From the NCBI GenBank assembly GCA_902574685.1, contig CACGOO010000002.1, positions 1,909 through 65,908 of the forward strand: DNA of 64,000 bases, given 5' to 3'. The notes under the pieces are model-generated. The model made no database searches. It was given only the letters and a program-made list of their open reading frames with translations, and was not told where the DNA came from. The stretch comes from an uncultured Pelagibacteraceae bacterium. Lineage in GTDB: Bacteria; Pseudomonadota; Alphaproteobacteria; Pelagibacterales; Pelagibacteraceae. Positions 27,590-37,636 of the stretch are shown piece by piece. Each line of letters begins with the position of its first letter. Position 1 is the first letter of the stretch. The position numbers were made by a program, and so were the translations under genes.

Positions 27590-28606
27590 ATGAAAAGATC
27601 AACAAAAATTACAAGCATAATAATAATTTTCTTTTTAATTATAGCTACAGTGATTGTTGGTAGAACAATGATTGGAAATCATTTTAAGAAGAAATTTAGT
27701 AAAAGACCACCTCCAGGAATAATTGTTACTGCAGCTGAAAATAGAGTTTTTGAAAATTTAATAAGCACATACGGAACAGCAAGACCATTTAAAACACAAT
27801 CCTATAAAATTGAGAAGTATGAAATACTTAAACCTATCAACTTCAATCAAAAAGTAAAAAAAGGTGATGTAATTGCAGAACTTAAAAATAGAAAAATTAC
27901 TGCTCAGTTTGATGGAACAATTGGAAAAAGAGAATTTTCAGAAGACATCGAAGTTTCAAAATCTTCAATCTTAGTTAATCTCGAAAATACCAGTATTATC
28001 TATTGTGATGTAGATATACCTGAAATGTTTGTACCATTTATTAAAGTTGGTTTACCTGTTGATATAAAATTTTCTGGATATAAAGATAAAACATATAAAG
28101 GTGAAGTTGACTCGTTAGCTAGTCGAATTAGTGAGGATACTAGATCATTACCAACAAGGATAAAAATGGATAATACATCTGGTGAAATTTTGCCTGGCTC
28201 ATTTTTAGAAATTTCAATAAAATATGATACAAGAGAAAGCTTAAGTATCCCAGATACCAGCACAATAGTGGAAGGTGATAATATATTTATCTATAAAGTT
28301 GACGAAAAAAATAAAGTATTAAAAACAAATATTGATACCGGCGATAGATACCTGGGTTTTGTTGAAGTTTTAAATGGTCTAAAAGTTGGTGACAAAGTTG
28401 TTGCTGAAGGTACAAAAAAAGTCAGACCAAATCTAACAATAAGACCTATAGAAAAGGGTGCTAAAGTAGCTAATCAAAACAAATCTAGTTGGGGTGGAAA
28501 AAAGAAAAAAGATACTAAAGAAAACAAGAATGGTATGTTTGCGTGGTTACAAAAATTAAATATATTTAAAAAGTCTGACTCTGAAAAACAAGAAAATAAA
28601 AAATAA
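27590..28606 (+). CDS. RND periplasmic adaptor (membrane fusion protein), apparently lacking the alpha-hairpin
   Basis: N-terminal TM; lipoyl halves VKKGDVIAEL and ITAQFDGTIG; PGSF; GLKVGDKVVAEG; upstream of an RND pump. Confidence 0.88.
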   Translation: MKRSTKITSIIIIFFLIIATVIVGRTMIGNHFKKKFSKRPPPGIIVTAAENRVFENLISTYGTARPFKTQSYKIEKYEILKPINFNQKVKKGDVIAELKNRKITAQFDGTIGKREFSEDIEVSKSSILVNLENTSIIYCDVDIPEMFVPFIKVGLPVDIKFSGYKDKTYKGEVDSLASRISEDTRSLPTRIKMDNTSGEILPGSFLEISIKYDTRESLSIPDTSTIVEGDNIFIYKVDEKNKVLKTNIDTGDRYLGFVEVLNGLKVGDKVVAEGTKKVRPNLTIRPIEKGAKVANQNKSSWGGKKKKDTKENKNGMFAWLQKLNIFKKSDSEKQENKK

Positions 28607-28613
28607 TTAATAC

Positions 28614-31600
28614 ATGTATATAACTGAAGTTAGTATTAAAAGACCTGTCGTTGCATGGGTAATGTCAATGATACTAATTATTTTTGGAATTTTTGTATTT
28701 TGGGAATTACCTGTTAGAGAATTACCAGATGGCATTCAGCCTCCAGTGGTACAGGTACAAACCGATTATAAATCTGCTTCAGCTGAAATTGTTGATGAAG
28801 AGATAACACAAAAAATAGAAGATGTTATAGGAGGAGCGGAAGGAATTAAGAACATTGACTCTAGTTCGCTTAATGGAAGAAGTAGAATAAATATTTATTT
28901 TAATACAGATATAGATTTAGATGATGCAGCAAATGACATAAGAGAGAGAGTATCAAGAGTTGCAGATAATTTACCAGATCAAGCAAACCCACCTCAAATT
29001 TTGAAACAAGCAGCAGGTTTTACAACTACAATGTGGGTTGCACTATCCTCACCAACTTGGAATGATTTAGATTTAGGTGATTATGCAGAAAGATATCTTA
29101 TAGATGCCTTTTCGAGTGTACCAAATGTTGGTAGAATTTTAGTCGGTGGGTTAAGAGAACTAAGTGTAAGAGTTTGGGTAGATCCTATCAAATTAGCAGC
29201 AAATAATCTTACTATTCAGGAAGTGGAGAGAGCATTAAGAAATGAAAATATAAACATCCCCGCCGGAACTTTAGAGGCTAGCAACAAAGATTTAACTCTT
29301 AATATTGATAAATCTTACTCTAATATTGAAACAATCAAACAGCTTCCTCTTAAGAAAAACAAAGATAAAGTCACAACCCTTTCTGATGTTGCAAATGTTG
29401 AGCTTGGTCCAGTTTCTGAGAAAACTTTATTTAAAGCTCAAAGAAAAAATGCGGCTAATTTAAAAACAGTTGGGATTGGAATATACGCAAAAAGTGGAGC
29501 ATCAACTGTTGAACTTTCAAATCAAATTAAAGAGAAAATAAATGTTTTAAATCAGTCTTTACCAGATGGTTTAAAGTTAGAGATAGCATTTAATAGAGCA
29601 ACTTACGTAGGAACTGCAATACAGGAAGTTTATAAAAGTTTAATTATTGCTTTTATTTTGGTCGTGGTAATAATTTACTTGTTTTTAGGAAACCTAAAAG
29701 CTGTAATTGTACCAGCTGTAGCTTTGCCAGTAAGTTTAATAGGTTCATTTTTAGGTTTATATATATTTGATCTTTCAATAAATATATTTGTTCTCCTAAG
29801 TTTTATTTTAGCAATCGGAATAATTACTGATGATTCTGTAATAATGACAGATGCAATTTATACAAGAATTGAAAAAGGAGAAACACCACTTGTAGCTGCT
29901 TATAAAGGCTCAAGACAAATAACATTTGCAATAATAGCTACAACTTTAATCTTAGTTGCAGTTTTTTTACCTTTAATTTTTATTGAGGGTATAGCTGGTA
30001 CCTTGTTTAAGGAAACTGCAATAGCACTATCTTTCTCAATTGTTGTTTCTTCATTTGTGGCTTTAACCCTTTCACCAATGTTAGGAAGTAAGTTTTTAAA
30101 TAAAAAAGAAAAAATTAATTTTTTTGTAAAAAAATTCAATAATGGATTTAAATCTTTTACAGAATTTTATACCGACACATTAAAATTTTGGATTAATAAA
30201 CAAAAAACAATTTCGATATTTATAATTCTGTTAATTGCAGCCTCAGTATATTTATTTAACTTCACAAAAAAAGAATTGATACCACTAGAAGATAGAGGAG
30301 CTTATTTAATAATTGGCTCTACAGATGAAGGAAGCTCATTCGAGTACACACAAGAAAAAGCTCAAATAATTGAGGGAAGAATATTAAAATTGTTACAAGC
30401 AGAAGACAGCCCTTACCAAAGATTAATTATGAGGGTGCCTGGTTTCGGTAGGTCCGCAACTTCATATAATACTTTTATTATAATTGCACTTTTAGATGAA
30501 TGGAAAAATAGAGAAAAGAGTACACAAGTTGTTTTAAGAGAAGCTATTGGACAAGTTGTTAGTGTACCAGAGACGTTTGCGTTTCCTATATCACCTCAAT
30601 CTATAAGAGTTTCTAGCTATAATAAACCAGTCCAAATGGTGATTTATGGGACAAGTTATGAAGAGTTAGAACAAATTCAAAGCCAAGTTTTAAGGGAGCT
30701 AAGAAGAAATAGAAATATGTTTAGAATTGAAAGTGATTACACAAAAAATAAACCTGAAGTAAAATTAATAACTAACAAAAATAGAGCAAATGATTTAGGA
30801 GTTTCAATAGAAAATATAGGTAGAACACTCGAAACATTATACGGTGGAAAGAGGGTCACAACATATAATAAAGAAGGAAGAGAATACCCCATTATTCTTC
30901 AGCAGTATTTAGCAGATAGAAGAGATAAAGATGGCTTATCAAAAATTTTTGTAAGATCTGAAACTACGGGAAAATTAGTGTCTGTTGCAAGTTTGGTAGA
31001 ATTTGAAGAAAAAGGAACTGCTGAATCATTACCTAGATATAATAGACAACGAGCAGTTACTATATCAGCAGCTTTATCTGAAGAATATACATTGTCTGAA
31101 GCTATAAAATATTTAGAAGATGTAATGTTGCGAGTTGCTCCTCAAAATCAAATTACTTGGAAAGGTAAGTCCGAAGAACTAAAAGAGACAAGTAACGAAA
31201 TTTTTCTTATTTTCGCTTTAGCATTAATAACTGCATATTTAGTAATGGCTGCTACTTTTAATTCGTTTGTCCATCCCTTTATTATTATATTGACTGTTCC
31301 TCTTGCAGTTTTTGGAGGTCTTGTATTCATTTTATTTCTAAATAGTTCGATAAATATATTTTCACAAATTGCCTTGATTATATTAATCGGTATATCCACT
31401 AAAAATAGCATTCTTATCGTTGACTATACTAATCAAATTCGAACAACTGGTGCAAAAATTGAGGAAGCACTTATGGAAGCTTGTAAATTAAGAATAAGAC
31501 CAATCATAATGACTTCTTTAAGCACCATGATTGCAATGTTACCTCTTATAGTAGGTAACATAGGTCCAGGTGCAGGTGAGGCATCTAGATTAGCAGTTGG

Positions 31601-31742
31601 ATCAACAATTTTTGGTGGAATGATTATTTCTACATTCTTTACATTATATGTAACGCCAACTATGTATTTAACACTAGCAAAAAATACCAAGAGGATAGAT
31701 GCAGTAGATCTGGAACTAGAAAAGCAATTGATTAAAAAATAA
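28614..31742 (+). CDS. RND efflux permease (AcrB/MexW-like)
   Basis: 1042 aa; SIKRPV; proton-relay residues in GIITDD, TKNSIL and RIRPIIMTS. Confidence 0.95.
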   Translation: MYITEVSIKRPVVAWVMSMILIIFGIFVFWELPVRELPDGIQPPVVQVQTDYKSASAEIVDEEITQKIEDVIGGAEGIKNIDSSSLNGRSRINIYFNTDIDLDDAANDIRERVSRVADNLPDQANPPQILKQAAGFTTTMWVALSSPTWNDLDLGDYAERYLIDAFSSVPNVGRILVGGLRELSVRVWVDPIKLAANNLTIQEVERALRNENINIPAGTLEASNKDLTLNIDKSYSNIETIKQLPLKKNKDKVTTLSDVANVELGPVSEKTLFKAQRKNAANLKTVGIGIYAKSGASTVELSNQIKEKINVLNQSLPDGLKLEIAFNRATYVGTAIQEVYKSLIIAFILVVVIIYLFLGNLKAVIVPAVALPVSLIGSFLGLYIFDLSINIFVLLSFILAIGIITDDSVIMTDAIYTRIEKGETPLVAAYKGSRQITFAIIATTLILVAVFLPLIFIEGIAGTLFKETAIALSFSIVVSSFVALTLSPMLGSKFLNKKEKINFFVKKFNNGFKSFTEFYTDTLKFWINKQKTISIFIILLIAASVYLFNFTKKELIPLEDRGAYLIIGSTDEGSSFEYTQEKAQIIEGRILKLLQAEDSPYQRLIMRVPGFGRSATSYNTFIIIALLDEWKNREKSTQVVLREAIGQVVSVPETFAFPISPQSIRVSSYNKPVQMVIYGTSYEELEQIQSQVLRELRRNRNMFRIESDYTKNKPEVKLITNKNRANDLGVSIENIGRTLETLYGGKRVTTYNKEGREYPIILQQYLADRRDKDGLSKIFVRSETTGKLVSVASLVEFEEKGTAESLPRYNRQRAVTISAALSEEYTLSEAIKYLEDVMLRVAPQNQITWKGKSEELKETSNEIFLIFALALITAYLVMAATFNSFVHPFIIILTVPLAVFGGLVFILFLNSSINIFSQIALIILIGISTKNSILIVDYTNQIRTTGAKIEEALMEACKLRIRPIIMTSLSTMIAMLPLIVGNIGPGAGEASRLAVGSTIFGGMIISTFFTLYVTPTMYLTLAKNTKRIDAVDLELEKQLIKK

Positions 31743-32331
31743 TATATTTTCTAGTAGTTAAAGATTTACTACATTTATTAAGCTGTTTCTTGAATTTATT
31801 TGAATATCCCTCTACTTTTTTTGCCAATACTATAACTTTCTGATTACTTTTATAATTTTTATAATTTCCCCAACCTTCATGATAAGCAATATATTGTCTG
31901 AAAGCATCTTTTTTTGAAACTTTTAAAATTTTTTCTGTTTTATTTGTATACCAGCCAATAAAATCAACACTATCTTTAAATCTAGTTCTCAAAGCATATT
32001 TATTTCCGGTCTCATCTTTATATTGTTTCCACGTACCTTTGATAGCTTGTGAGTATCCGAATGAACTAGAGGGTCTTTTATAAGGTATAACTTTAAATAA
32101 CTTTTGACGAGCAGGTTTAGCGAGCCAGTCAAAATCAGATTCCATTTTTATTATTGCTAATTGTAAGTTAATTGGTGTCCCCCACTTTTTTTCAGTTTTT
32201 TTTGCGTGTTTATACCAAAGATATCTCTCAGAAAATATTGAACAGCCATCTGATGTATTTTGAGGTATCGATGAGCAAGCAGTAAAAAATAATAGACCAA
32301 AAAATAAAAAATACTTTCTAAAAAGAATCAC
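31732..32331 (-). CDS. Lytic transglycosylase (SLT-like) lipoprotein
   Basis: Lipobox FTAC; IKMESDF catalytic Glu; SSSFGYSQA and AYHEGWG. Confidence 0.85.
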   Translation of the reverse strand: MILFRKYFLFFGLLFFTACSSIPQNTSDGCSIFSERYLWYKHAKKTEKKWGTPINLQLAIIKMESDFDWLAKPARQKLFKVIPYKRPSSSFGYSQAIKGTWKQYKDETGNKYALRTRFKDSVDFIGWYTNKTEKILKVSKKDAFRQYIAYHEGWGNYKNYKSNQKVIVLAKKVEGYSNKFKKQLNKCSKSLTTRKYIIF

Positions 32332-32344
32332 AGTTTAATATAAA

Positions 32345-32857
32345 TTATCTATTATTTTTTCTCCATATCCATGGATAATCAAATTCCATACTCCATAAAC
32401 CTAACTTATTATTTTTTGCATAAATTTGATCTTTAGAATATTTTTTTTTAGAATATTTTGGATAATCAAAGGCCAATCCATTTCTTACCATATAAGCTGA
32501 AACACTCACATTATTGATAAAACACTCTCCTAAATACCTACCAAAATAGTCTTTTTGGGGCTCGATTAGACATTTTAATTTTTTATTTAAAATTTTTTCT
32601 GTAAGAGAATTTTTTGAAATTTTTCCACAATTAATTTTTTTTTTATTTTTTAAGCAAAACTGTTGCTTTCCTTTAAATTTGGTTTCTGGAGCATCTATTC
32701 CTGAAAAACGAATTTTTTTATTATCTAATAAAATTGTATCACCATCAATTATTTTAATGTTATCTGAAATTATGATTGTTTCTGATAGTAAGTAATTTGT
32801 TGCTACAAATGTAAATAAAAATAGAAAACTAACTAACTTCAGTAGTTGCTTTTTCAT
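32345..32857 (-). CDS. Thermonuclease (SNase-like) exported protein
   Basis: IIDGDT, IRFSGIDAPE, DYFGR, MVRNGLA and GLW. Confidence 0.9.
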   Translation of the reverse strand: MKKQLLKLVSFLFLFTFVATNYLLSETIIISDNIKIIDGDTILLDNKKIRFSGIDAPETKFKGKQQFCLKNKKKINCGKISKNSLTEKILNKKLKCLIEPQKDYFGRYLGECFINNVSVSAYMVRNGLAFDYPKYSKKKYSKDQIYAKNNKLGLWSMEFDYPWIWRKNNR

Positions 32858-33137
32858 TACATTCTTGCATTTTTTTTCTAATTTGATCTTCAGATATATT
32901 TTTATCTTTTAAATCTCCATAAAGTTTTCTATAAACATCTTCATCACCTGCCTCAGCAAAATCTGCTTTAATTACATCTTGAATATATTGATTTTTTTTT
33001 TCCTCATCGTATCCCAGAATTTCTGAGGCCCACTCTCCTAAATATTTGTTTTTTCTTGCATTAATTTTAAATTGTTTTTCTTCATCATGAGCAAATTTTT
33101 TTTCAAAACCTTTTTTTCTTTCATCAAATGAACTCAT
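32829..33137 (-). CDS. F1Fo-ATPase inhibitor subunit zeta (DUF1476)
   Basis: MSSFDERKKGFEKKFAHDEE..FK..ARKNK.LGEWA and ADF.EAGDEDV.RK. Confidence 0.9.
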   Translation of the reverse strand: MSSFDERKKGFEKKFAHDEEKQFKINARKNKYLGEWASEILGYDEEKKNQYIQDVIKADFAEAGDEDVYRKLYGDLKDKNISEDQIRKKMQECNEKATTEVS

Positions 33138-33505
33138 TGCAATCTACCTTTATAAATTATTTTAAATATTAAAAATGATATAAATACACCTATTATATTA
33201 CCAAACAAATCACCTAATTCAAATCCTCTTTCTGGAATAATTAAGTGCAGAATTTCTAAAACAATAGAAATACAAATAAGATAAATAAATATATTTTTTA
33301 ATTTATGTCTAAAAGCAATTAATCCTAGAATTGATACAACAAAGAAAACATAAACGTGATTTGAAGATACTAAAAAATCTCTTGTTAATTGTGGTTGGAT
33401 ATTGGAGTTTCCATAAAAAAAATATCCTAAAATACTTCCAGGATATAAGTAAAAAATAAATAAAACTACGTTAGACAGATAAAAAAACTGCTTTAAGTAA
33501 TTCAT
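33134..33505 (-). CDS. VanZ-like membrane protein
   Basis: LEILHLIIPERGFELGDLFGNIIG motif; 4 TM helices. Confidence 0.78.
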   Translation of the reverse strand: MNYLKQFFYLSNVVLFIFYLYPGSILGYFFYGNSNIQPQLTRDFLVSSNHVYVFFVVSILGLIAFRHKLKNIFIYLICISIVLEILHLIIPERGFELGDLFGNIIGVFISFLIFKIIYKGRLQ

Positions 33506-33531
33506 AGTTAATCTATATTAAATTTTCACAA

Positions 33532-34242
33532 ATGAGTCACTTAATACTTGTTAGACATGGTCAAAGCGAATGGAATTTAGAAAATAAATTTACAGGATGG
33601 GTCGATGTTGAACTCGCACCACAAGGTAAATTAGAAGCTTGTAAAGCTGGCGAATTCATAAAAAAATTAAATTTAGAAATAAAACATTTTTATACTTCTT
33701 ATCAACTAAGATCCATTGATACTTTAAAACTTATTTTAAATACAATTAGAGTAAAACCAAATCATATAATTAAGGCTTGGCAATTAAATGAAAGGCACTA
33801 CGGATCACTTACAGGATTAAATAAAGATGAAATGAAAAAAAAACTAGGAGAAGATGAAGTTCACAAATTCAGAAGATCATGGGATAACCCACCAAAACCT
33901 TTAAATATAAATAGTCCGTACCATCCAAAAAATATAAGTATTTATAATGATATACCCCGTAACCTAATTCCAGACACAGAGTCTCTTAAAGATACTTATG
34001 AAAGAGTTGTGCCCTATTTTGTTGAAAACATAGAGAAAAATTTGCAGGATAATATAATTATATCTGCTCATGGTAATTCTATTAGATCACTTTTAAAATA
34101 TTTATTTAAAATTGATGACAATGAAATTTCTAAACTTGAAATACCAACAGGAAATCCTCTACTTTTAAAATTTGAAAAAAAGAATATAAAAGAAGCTAAA
34201 TACCTAGATCAAAGTAGATCTAGGGATTTAATTAAATTCTAA
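33532..34242 (+). CDS. gpmA: 2,3-BPG-dependent phosphoglycerate mutase
   Basis: LVRHGQSEWN, LNERHYG, AHGNSIR and IPTGNP. Confidence 0.96.
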   Translation: MSHLILVRHGQSEWNLENKFTGWVDVELAPQGKLEACKAGEFIKKLNLEIKHFYTSYQLRSIDTLKLILNTIRVKPNHIIKAWQLNERHYGSLTGLNKDEMKKKLGEDEVHKFRRSWDNPPKPLNINSPYHPKNISIYNDIPRNLIPDTESLKDTYERVVPYFVENIEKNLQDNIIISAHGNSIRSLLKYLFKIDDNEISKLEIPTGNPLLLKFEKKNIKEAKYLDQSRSRDLIKF

Positions 34243-34931
34243 CCTTTTTGAAGAAGTTTTTCGTAAATATCTTTGTCTGTTAAATGAAGAAACTCAATAC
34301 CACTCTCGAAACCAAACAAATTTTCTTTTTTAATGTAATTATTCCAAATCTCATTCATTGAAAATATTTTTTTTGATAAATTTTTAAATATTTTTTTATT
34401 TATAATTTGACACCCTGTATAAATATAATTTTTATCATTGTTCTTTTTTAAATTATTGCCATCCATAGAAAAATCACCTTTAAATCTTTTATCAAAACTT
34501 AAATCTTTTTTTACAACCATTAAAATATTTTCTAAGTTATTTTTAAAATATATATTTTCCATCTTCTTAATTTCATTTGCATATTCAGCGTTCCAAATTG
34601 TATCAGGATTAAAAACTATAAAATCTGTTTCAACTGAATTATTTACTACATTTAAAAGACCGCCCCCTGTATCTAATATTTCTTTACCATCTTCTATAAT
34701 TTGAATTTCTAAACCAAAATTATTTGAAAAAATGAATTCTTTTATTTTATCACTTAAATAGAAAGTATTAATTTTTAAAGATTTTATTTCTAATATTTTT
34801 ATCAAGTTTATAGTATTTTCTAATAAGCTAATCTCATTAATTTTTAAGAGTGGTTTTGGAGTTTTCTCGGTTAATGGCATTAATCTTTTTCCAAATCCTG
34901 CACATAAAATTATTGCTGTTTTAATTTTCAT
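34239..34931 (-). CDS. murU: MurNAc-alpha-1-phosphate uridylyltransferase-like nucleotidyltransferase
   Basis: ILCAGFGKRLMPLT..TPKPL and LDTGGG motifs; follows the amgK-like gene. Confidence 0.75.
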   Translation of the reverse strand: MKIKTAIILCAGFGKRLMPLTEKTPKPLLKINEISLLENTINLIKILEIKSLKINTFYLSDKIKEFIFSNNFGLEIQIIEDGKEILDTGGGLLNVVNNSVETDFIVFNPDTIWNAEYANEIKKMENIYFKNNLENILMVVKKDLSFDKRFKGDFSMDGNNLKKNNDKNYIYTGCQIINKKIFKNLSKKIFSMNEIWNNYIKKENLFGFESGIEFLHLTDKDIYEKLLQKG

Positions 34932-35874
34932 ATTTTTTTATTCTTGGGTTTTTTTGTAGAAAATTTTTTAAATCATGGAAATTTGTATTACTCTTGATAC
35001 GATTATCGATTAATTTCCACGCATAAGGTATTAATTTTAGATATTTTCTTTTTTTATCTCTTTTTGCAAGTCTTGTGAATATACCAATTATTTTTAGATT
35101 TCTTAAAACAGATAAAATTTCAAAATCATTAATAAATTGTGACTCATTTTTATATTTAAATTTACTGAGAAATACTTTTAAAATATTTGACTTAAAACTA
35201 TTTGAAGTTTTTATTCTTACATCATCTATAAGAGAGGCTAAATCATATGCTGGATTGCCTAAGACAGCATCTTGACTATCTATTAAAGCGATTTTATTTT
35301 TATAAAACATCATGTTTGAAACGTGAAAATCTCTATGTACAAATACTTTGTGTTTGATTTTTAAATTTAAATACAAATTATCTATTATTTTTTTGAGATT
35401 TTTTTTTAAATATCTTTTTTGAATAATTAATTTATTTGCTGGTAAATACCAATCCAAAAAAAGGTAAGACTCTTTGAGCATTTTAGCTTTTGAATAGTTT
35501 GATAAATTAAATTTTTTTTTTAGAAAATTTTGAGTTTTAAAATTTTTAATTTTTTGAATTTGATATAAAATTTTTAGTATTTTTTTGTATTCATTTAATT
35601 TATTTTTTGATGATTGAATTTTATCCAACATGTTTTTATTGCCGAAATCCTCAATTTCTATAAAGTTTTTTTTATAATTTTGACTAATTAAACCTGGCGC
35701 TAATATTTTATTTTTAATCAATATTTTATTAACTGCATCATAATTTAACAAGTTTGATTGCTTTTGAATTTTGCTATAAACTAATACTGAATTATTTGTT
35801 CTATAAAATTGTCTAAATGATGCATCTCCTGATAACTTTTTAAATTTTTTCAAATTCATTAAAATCAAAATCAA
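34921..35874 (-). CDS. amgK: AmgK-like anomeric MurNAc/GlcNAc kinase (APH fold)
   Basis: GDASFRQFYR, EDFG, HRDFHVSN, IDSQDA.LG.PAYDLASL and GIFTRL..RD.K..YL. Confidence 0.8.
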   Translation of the reverse strand: MILILMNLKKFKKLSGDASFRQFYRTNNSVLVYSKIQKQSNLLNYDAVNKILIKNKILAPGLISQNYKKNFIEIEDFGNKNMLDKIQSSKNKLNEYKKILKILYQIQKIKNFKTQNFLKKKFNLSNYSKAKMLKESYLFLDWYLPANKLIIQKRYLKKNLKKIIDNLYLNLKIKHKVFVHRDFHVSNMMFYKNKIALIDSQDAVLGNPAYDLASLIDDVRIKTSNSFKSNILKVFLSKFKYKNESQFINDFEILSVLRNLKIIGIFTRLAKRDKKRKYLKLIPYAWKLIDNRIKSNTNFHDLKNFLQKNPRIKKYEN

Positions 35875-36322
35875 TATTATTAGATATAATTAAGTACCTA
35901 TTTTCAAGCTTTTCATCGTATTCAAATTTTAATGTAAAAGTACTTTCTATATTTTGACCCAAGATTTCAGGCCATTCAATTAATCTAGCGTAATCTTCTA
36001 AATTTTCATTAATTCCTAAATTATATAAATCTTTCTTATCTTTAATTCTGTAAAGATCAAAATGTCTAATAATCAAGGAATTAATCTCGTATTCATTTAT
36101 AATATTAAAAGTTGGACTAGGTATTTCTGTTGTTTCTAAACCATTTTTTATTTGAAGATAATTAATTAGATATCTAATAAATGTAGTCTTACCTACTCCG
36201 ATATTTCCATAAAAAAGTAAAGTTGTGTTTTTACTAACTTTACTTGCAATTTTTTCAGCAATTTTTTGTGTGATAATTTCTTTTGAAATATCTATTTTGC
36301 TACTTTTAGTAGCGATAGGCAT
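35840..36322 (-). CDS. tsaE: tRNA t6A biosynthesis ATPase TsaE
   Basis: [19 protein letters not shown] and IEWP. Confidence 0.93.
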   Translation of the reverse strand: MPIATKSSKIDISKEIITQKIAEKIASKVSKNTTLLFYGNIGVGKTTFIRYLINYLQIKNGLETTEIPSPTFNIINEYEINSLIIRHFDLYRIKDKKDLYNLGINENLEDYARLIEWPEILGQNIESTFTLKFEYDEKLENRYLIISNNIDFDFNEFEKI

Positions 36323-37592
36323 CTGGTTTATAAGGTCCTTCTGGTGTTACACTTATATATTTTGCTTGATCATCTGATAATTTGGTTAATTTAGCTCCAA
36401 CTTTTTCTAAATGAAGTCTGGCTACTTTCTCATCTAAATGTTTAGGTAAAACATATACTTTTTTTTCATATTTATCTGAGTTATTCCATAATTCTATCTG
36501 AGCTGTTACTTGATTTGTAAAAGAAGCACTCATTACAAAACTTGGGTGTCCTGTTGCACATCCAAGATTAACCAATCTACCTTCTGCTAATAAAATAATT
36601 CTTTTTCCATCCGGTAATGTAATCTCGTGAACTTGTGGTTTTATTTCATCCCATTTATAATTTTTAAGAGCATCTACTTGGATCTCATTATCAAAGTGAC
36701 CAATATTGCATAGAATTGCTCTATCTTTCATTTCTCTCATATGGTCAGCTGTCACAATATCTTTATTTCCTGTTGCCGTAACAACAATGTCGGCTTCTTT
36801 TATCATCTCATCCATTAAAACTACTTCATAACCTTCCATTGCAGCTTGGAGAGCACAAATTGGGTCTGTTTCTGTAACCATAACTCTTGCACCGCTTTGA
36901 CGAAGAGAAGCAGCGCTTCCCTTTCCAACGTCTCCAAATCCAGCTACAATAGCTACCTTACCTGACATCATGACGTCAGTAGCTCTTTTAATTCCATCAA
37001 CTAAACTTTCTCTGCAACCATATAAATTGTCGAACTTAGATTTTGTTACTGAGTCATTAACATTTATTGCTGGGACAAGTAAATTTCCTTCACTTTCCAT
37101 TTTTTTTAATGCCAAAACTCCTGTAGTTGTCTCTTCTGATAAACCTTTAACATCATTTAATAATTCTTTATAATCTTTGTGCATCAATGCTGTAAGATCG
37201 CCACCATCATCAAGTATCATATTTGGTTTCCAGCCATCTTTTCCTTCAATAGTTTGCTTTACACACCACCAATATTCTTCTTCTGTTTCGCCTTTCCAAG
37301 CAAATACAGGAATGCCAGCTTTTGCAATTGCTGCTGCTGCATGGTCTTGTGTCGAAAAAATATTACATGAAGACCATCTTACTTCGGCACCTAACTCAAC
37401 TAAAGTTTCTATTAAGACAGCTGTTTGTATTGTCATGTGTAAACAACCAACAATCCGAGCTCCATTTAAAGGTTTTTTACCCTTGTATTCTTCTCTAAGA
37501 GCCATTAATCCTGGCATTTCAGTTTCAGCCAGTGAAATTTCTTTTCTTCCATATTCCGCTTGGGATATATCTTTTACTTTAAAATCTTCCAT
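36306..37592 (-). CDS. ahcY: Adenosylhomocysteinase
   Basis: [42 protein letters not shown] and [14 protein letters not shown]. Confidence 0.98.
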   Translation of the reverse strand: MEDFKVKDISQAEYGRKEISLAETEMPGLMALREEYKGKKPLNGARIVGCLHMTIQTAVLIETLVELGAEVRWSSCNIFSTQDHAAAAIAKAGIPVFAWKGETEEEYWWCVKQTIEGKDGWKPNMILDDGGDLTALMHKDYKELLNDVKGLSEETTTGVLALKKMESEGNLLVPAINVNDSVTKSKFDNLYGCRESLVDGIKRATDVMMSGKVAIVAGFGDVGKGSAASLRQSGARVMVTETDPICALQAAMEGYEVVLMDEMIKEADIVVTATGNKDIVTADHMREMKDRAILCNIGHFDNEIQVDALKNYKWDEIKPQVHEITLPDGKRIILLAEGRLVNLGCATGHPSFVMSASFTNQVTAQIELWNNSDKYEKKVYVLPKHLDEKVARLHLEKVGAKLTKLSDDQAKYISVTPEGPYKPDAYRY

Positions 37593-37636
37593 AGAAAGAG
37601 GTTTTTAACAATTTCACTTAATATATCAATAAAGAT

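Noticed and set aside
32345-33137. SNase plus small upstream gene as a toxin-antitoxin or defence pair
   Set aside because: The small gene is the ATPase zeta subunit and the nuclease has a signal peptide.
37593-37636. SAH or SAM riboswitch upstream of ahcY
   Set aside because: The spacer is 44 nt, AT-rich, largely filled by a candidate promoter, and lacks aptamer motifs.
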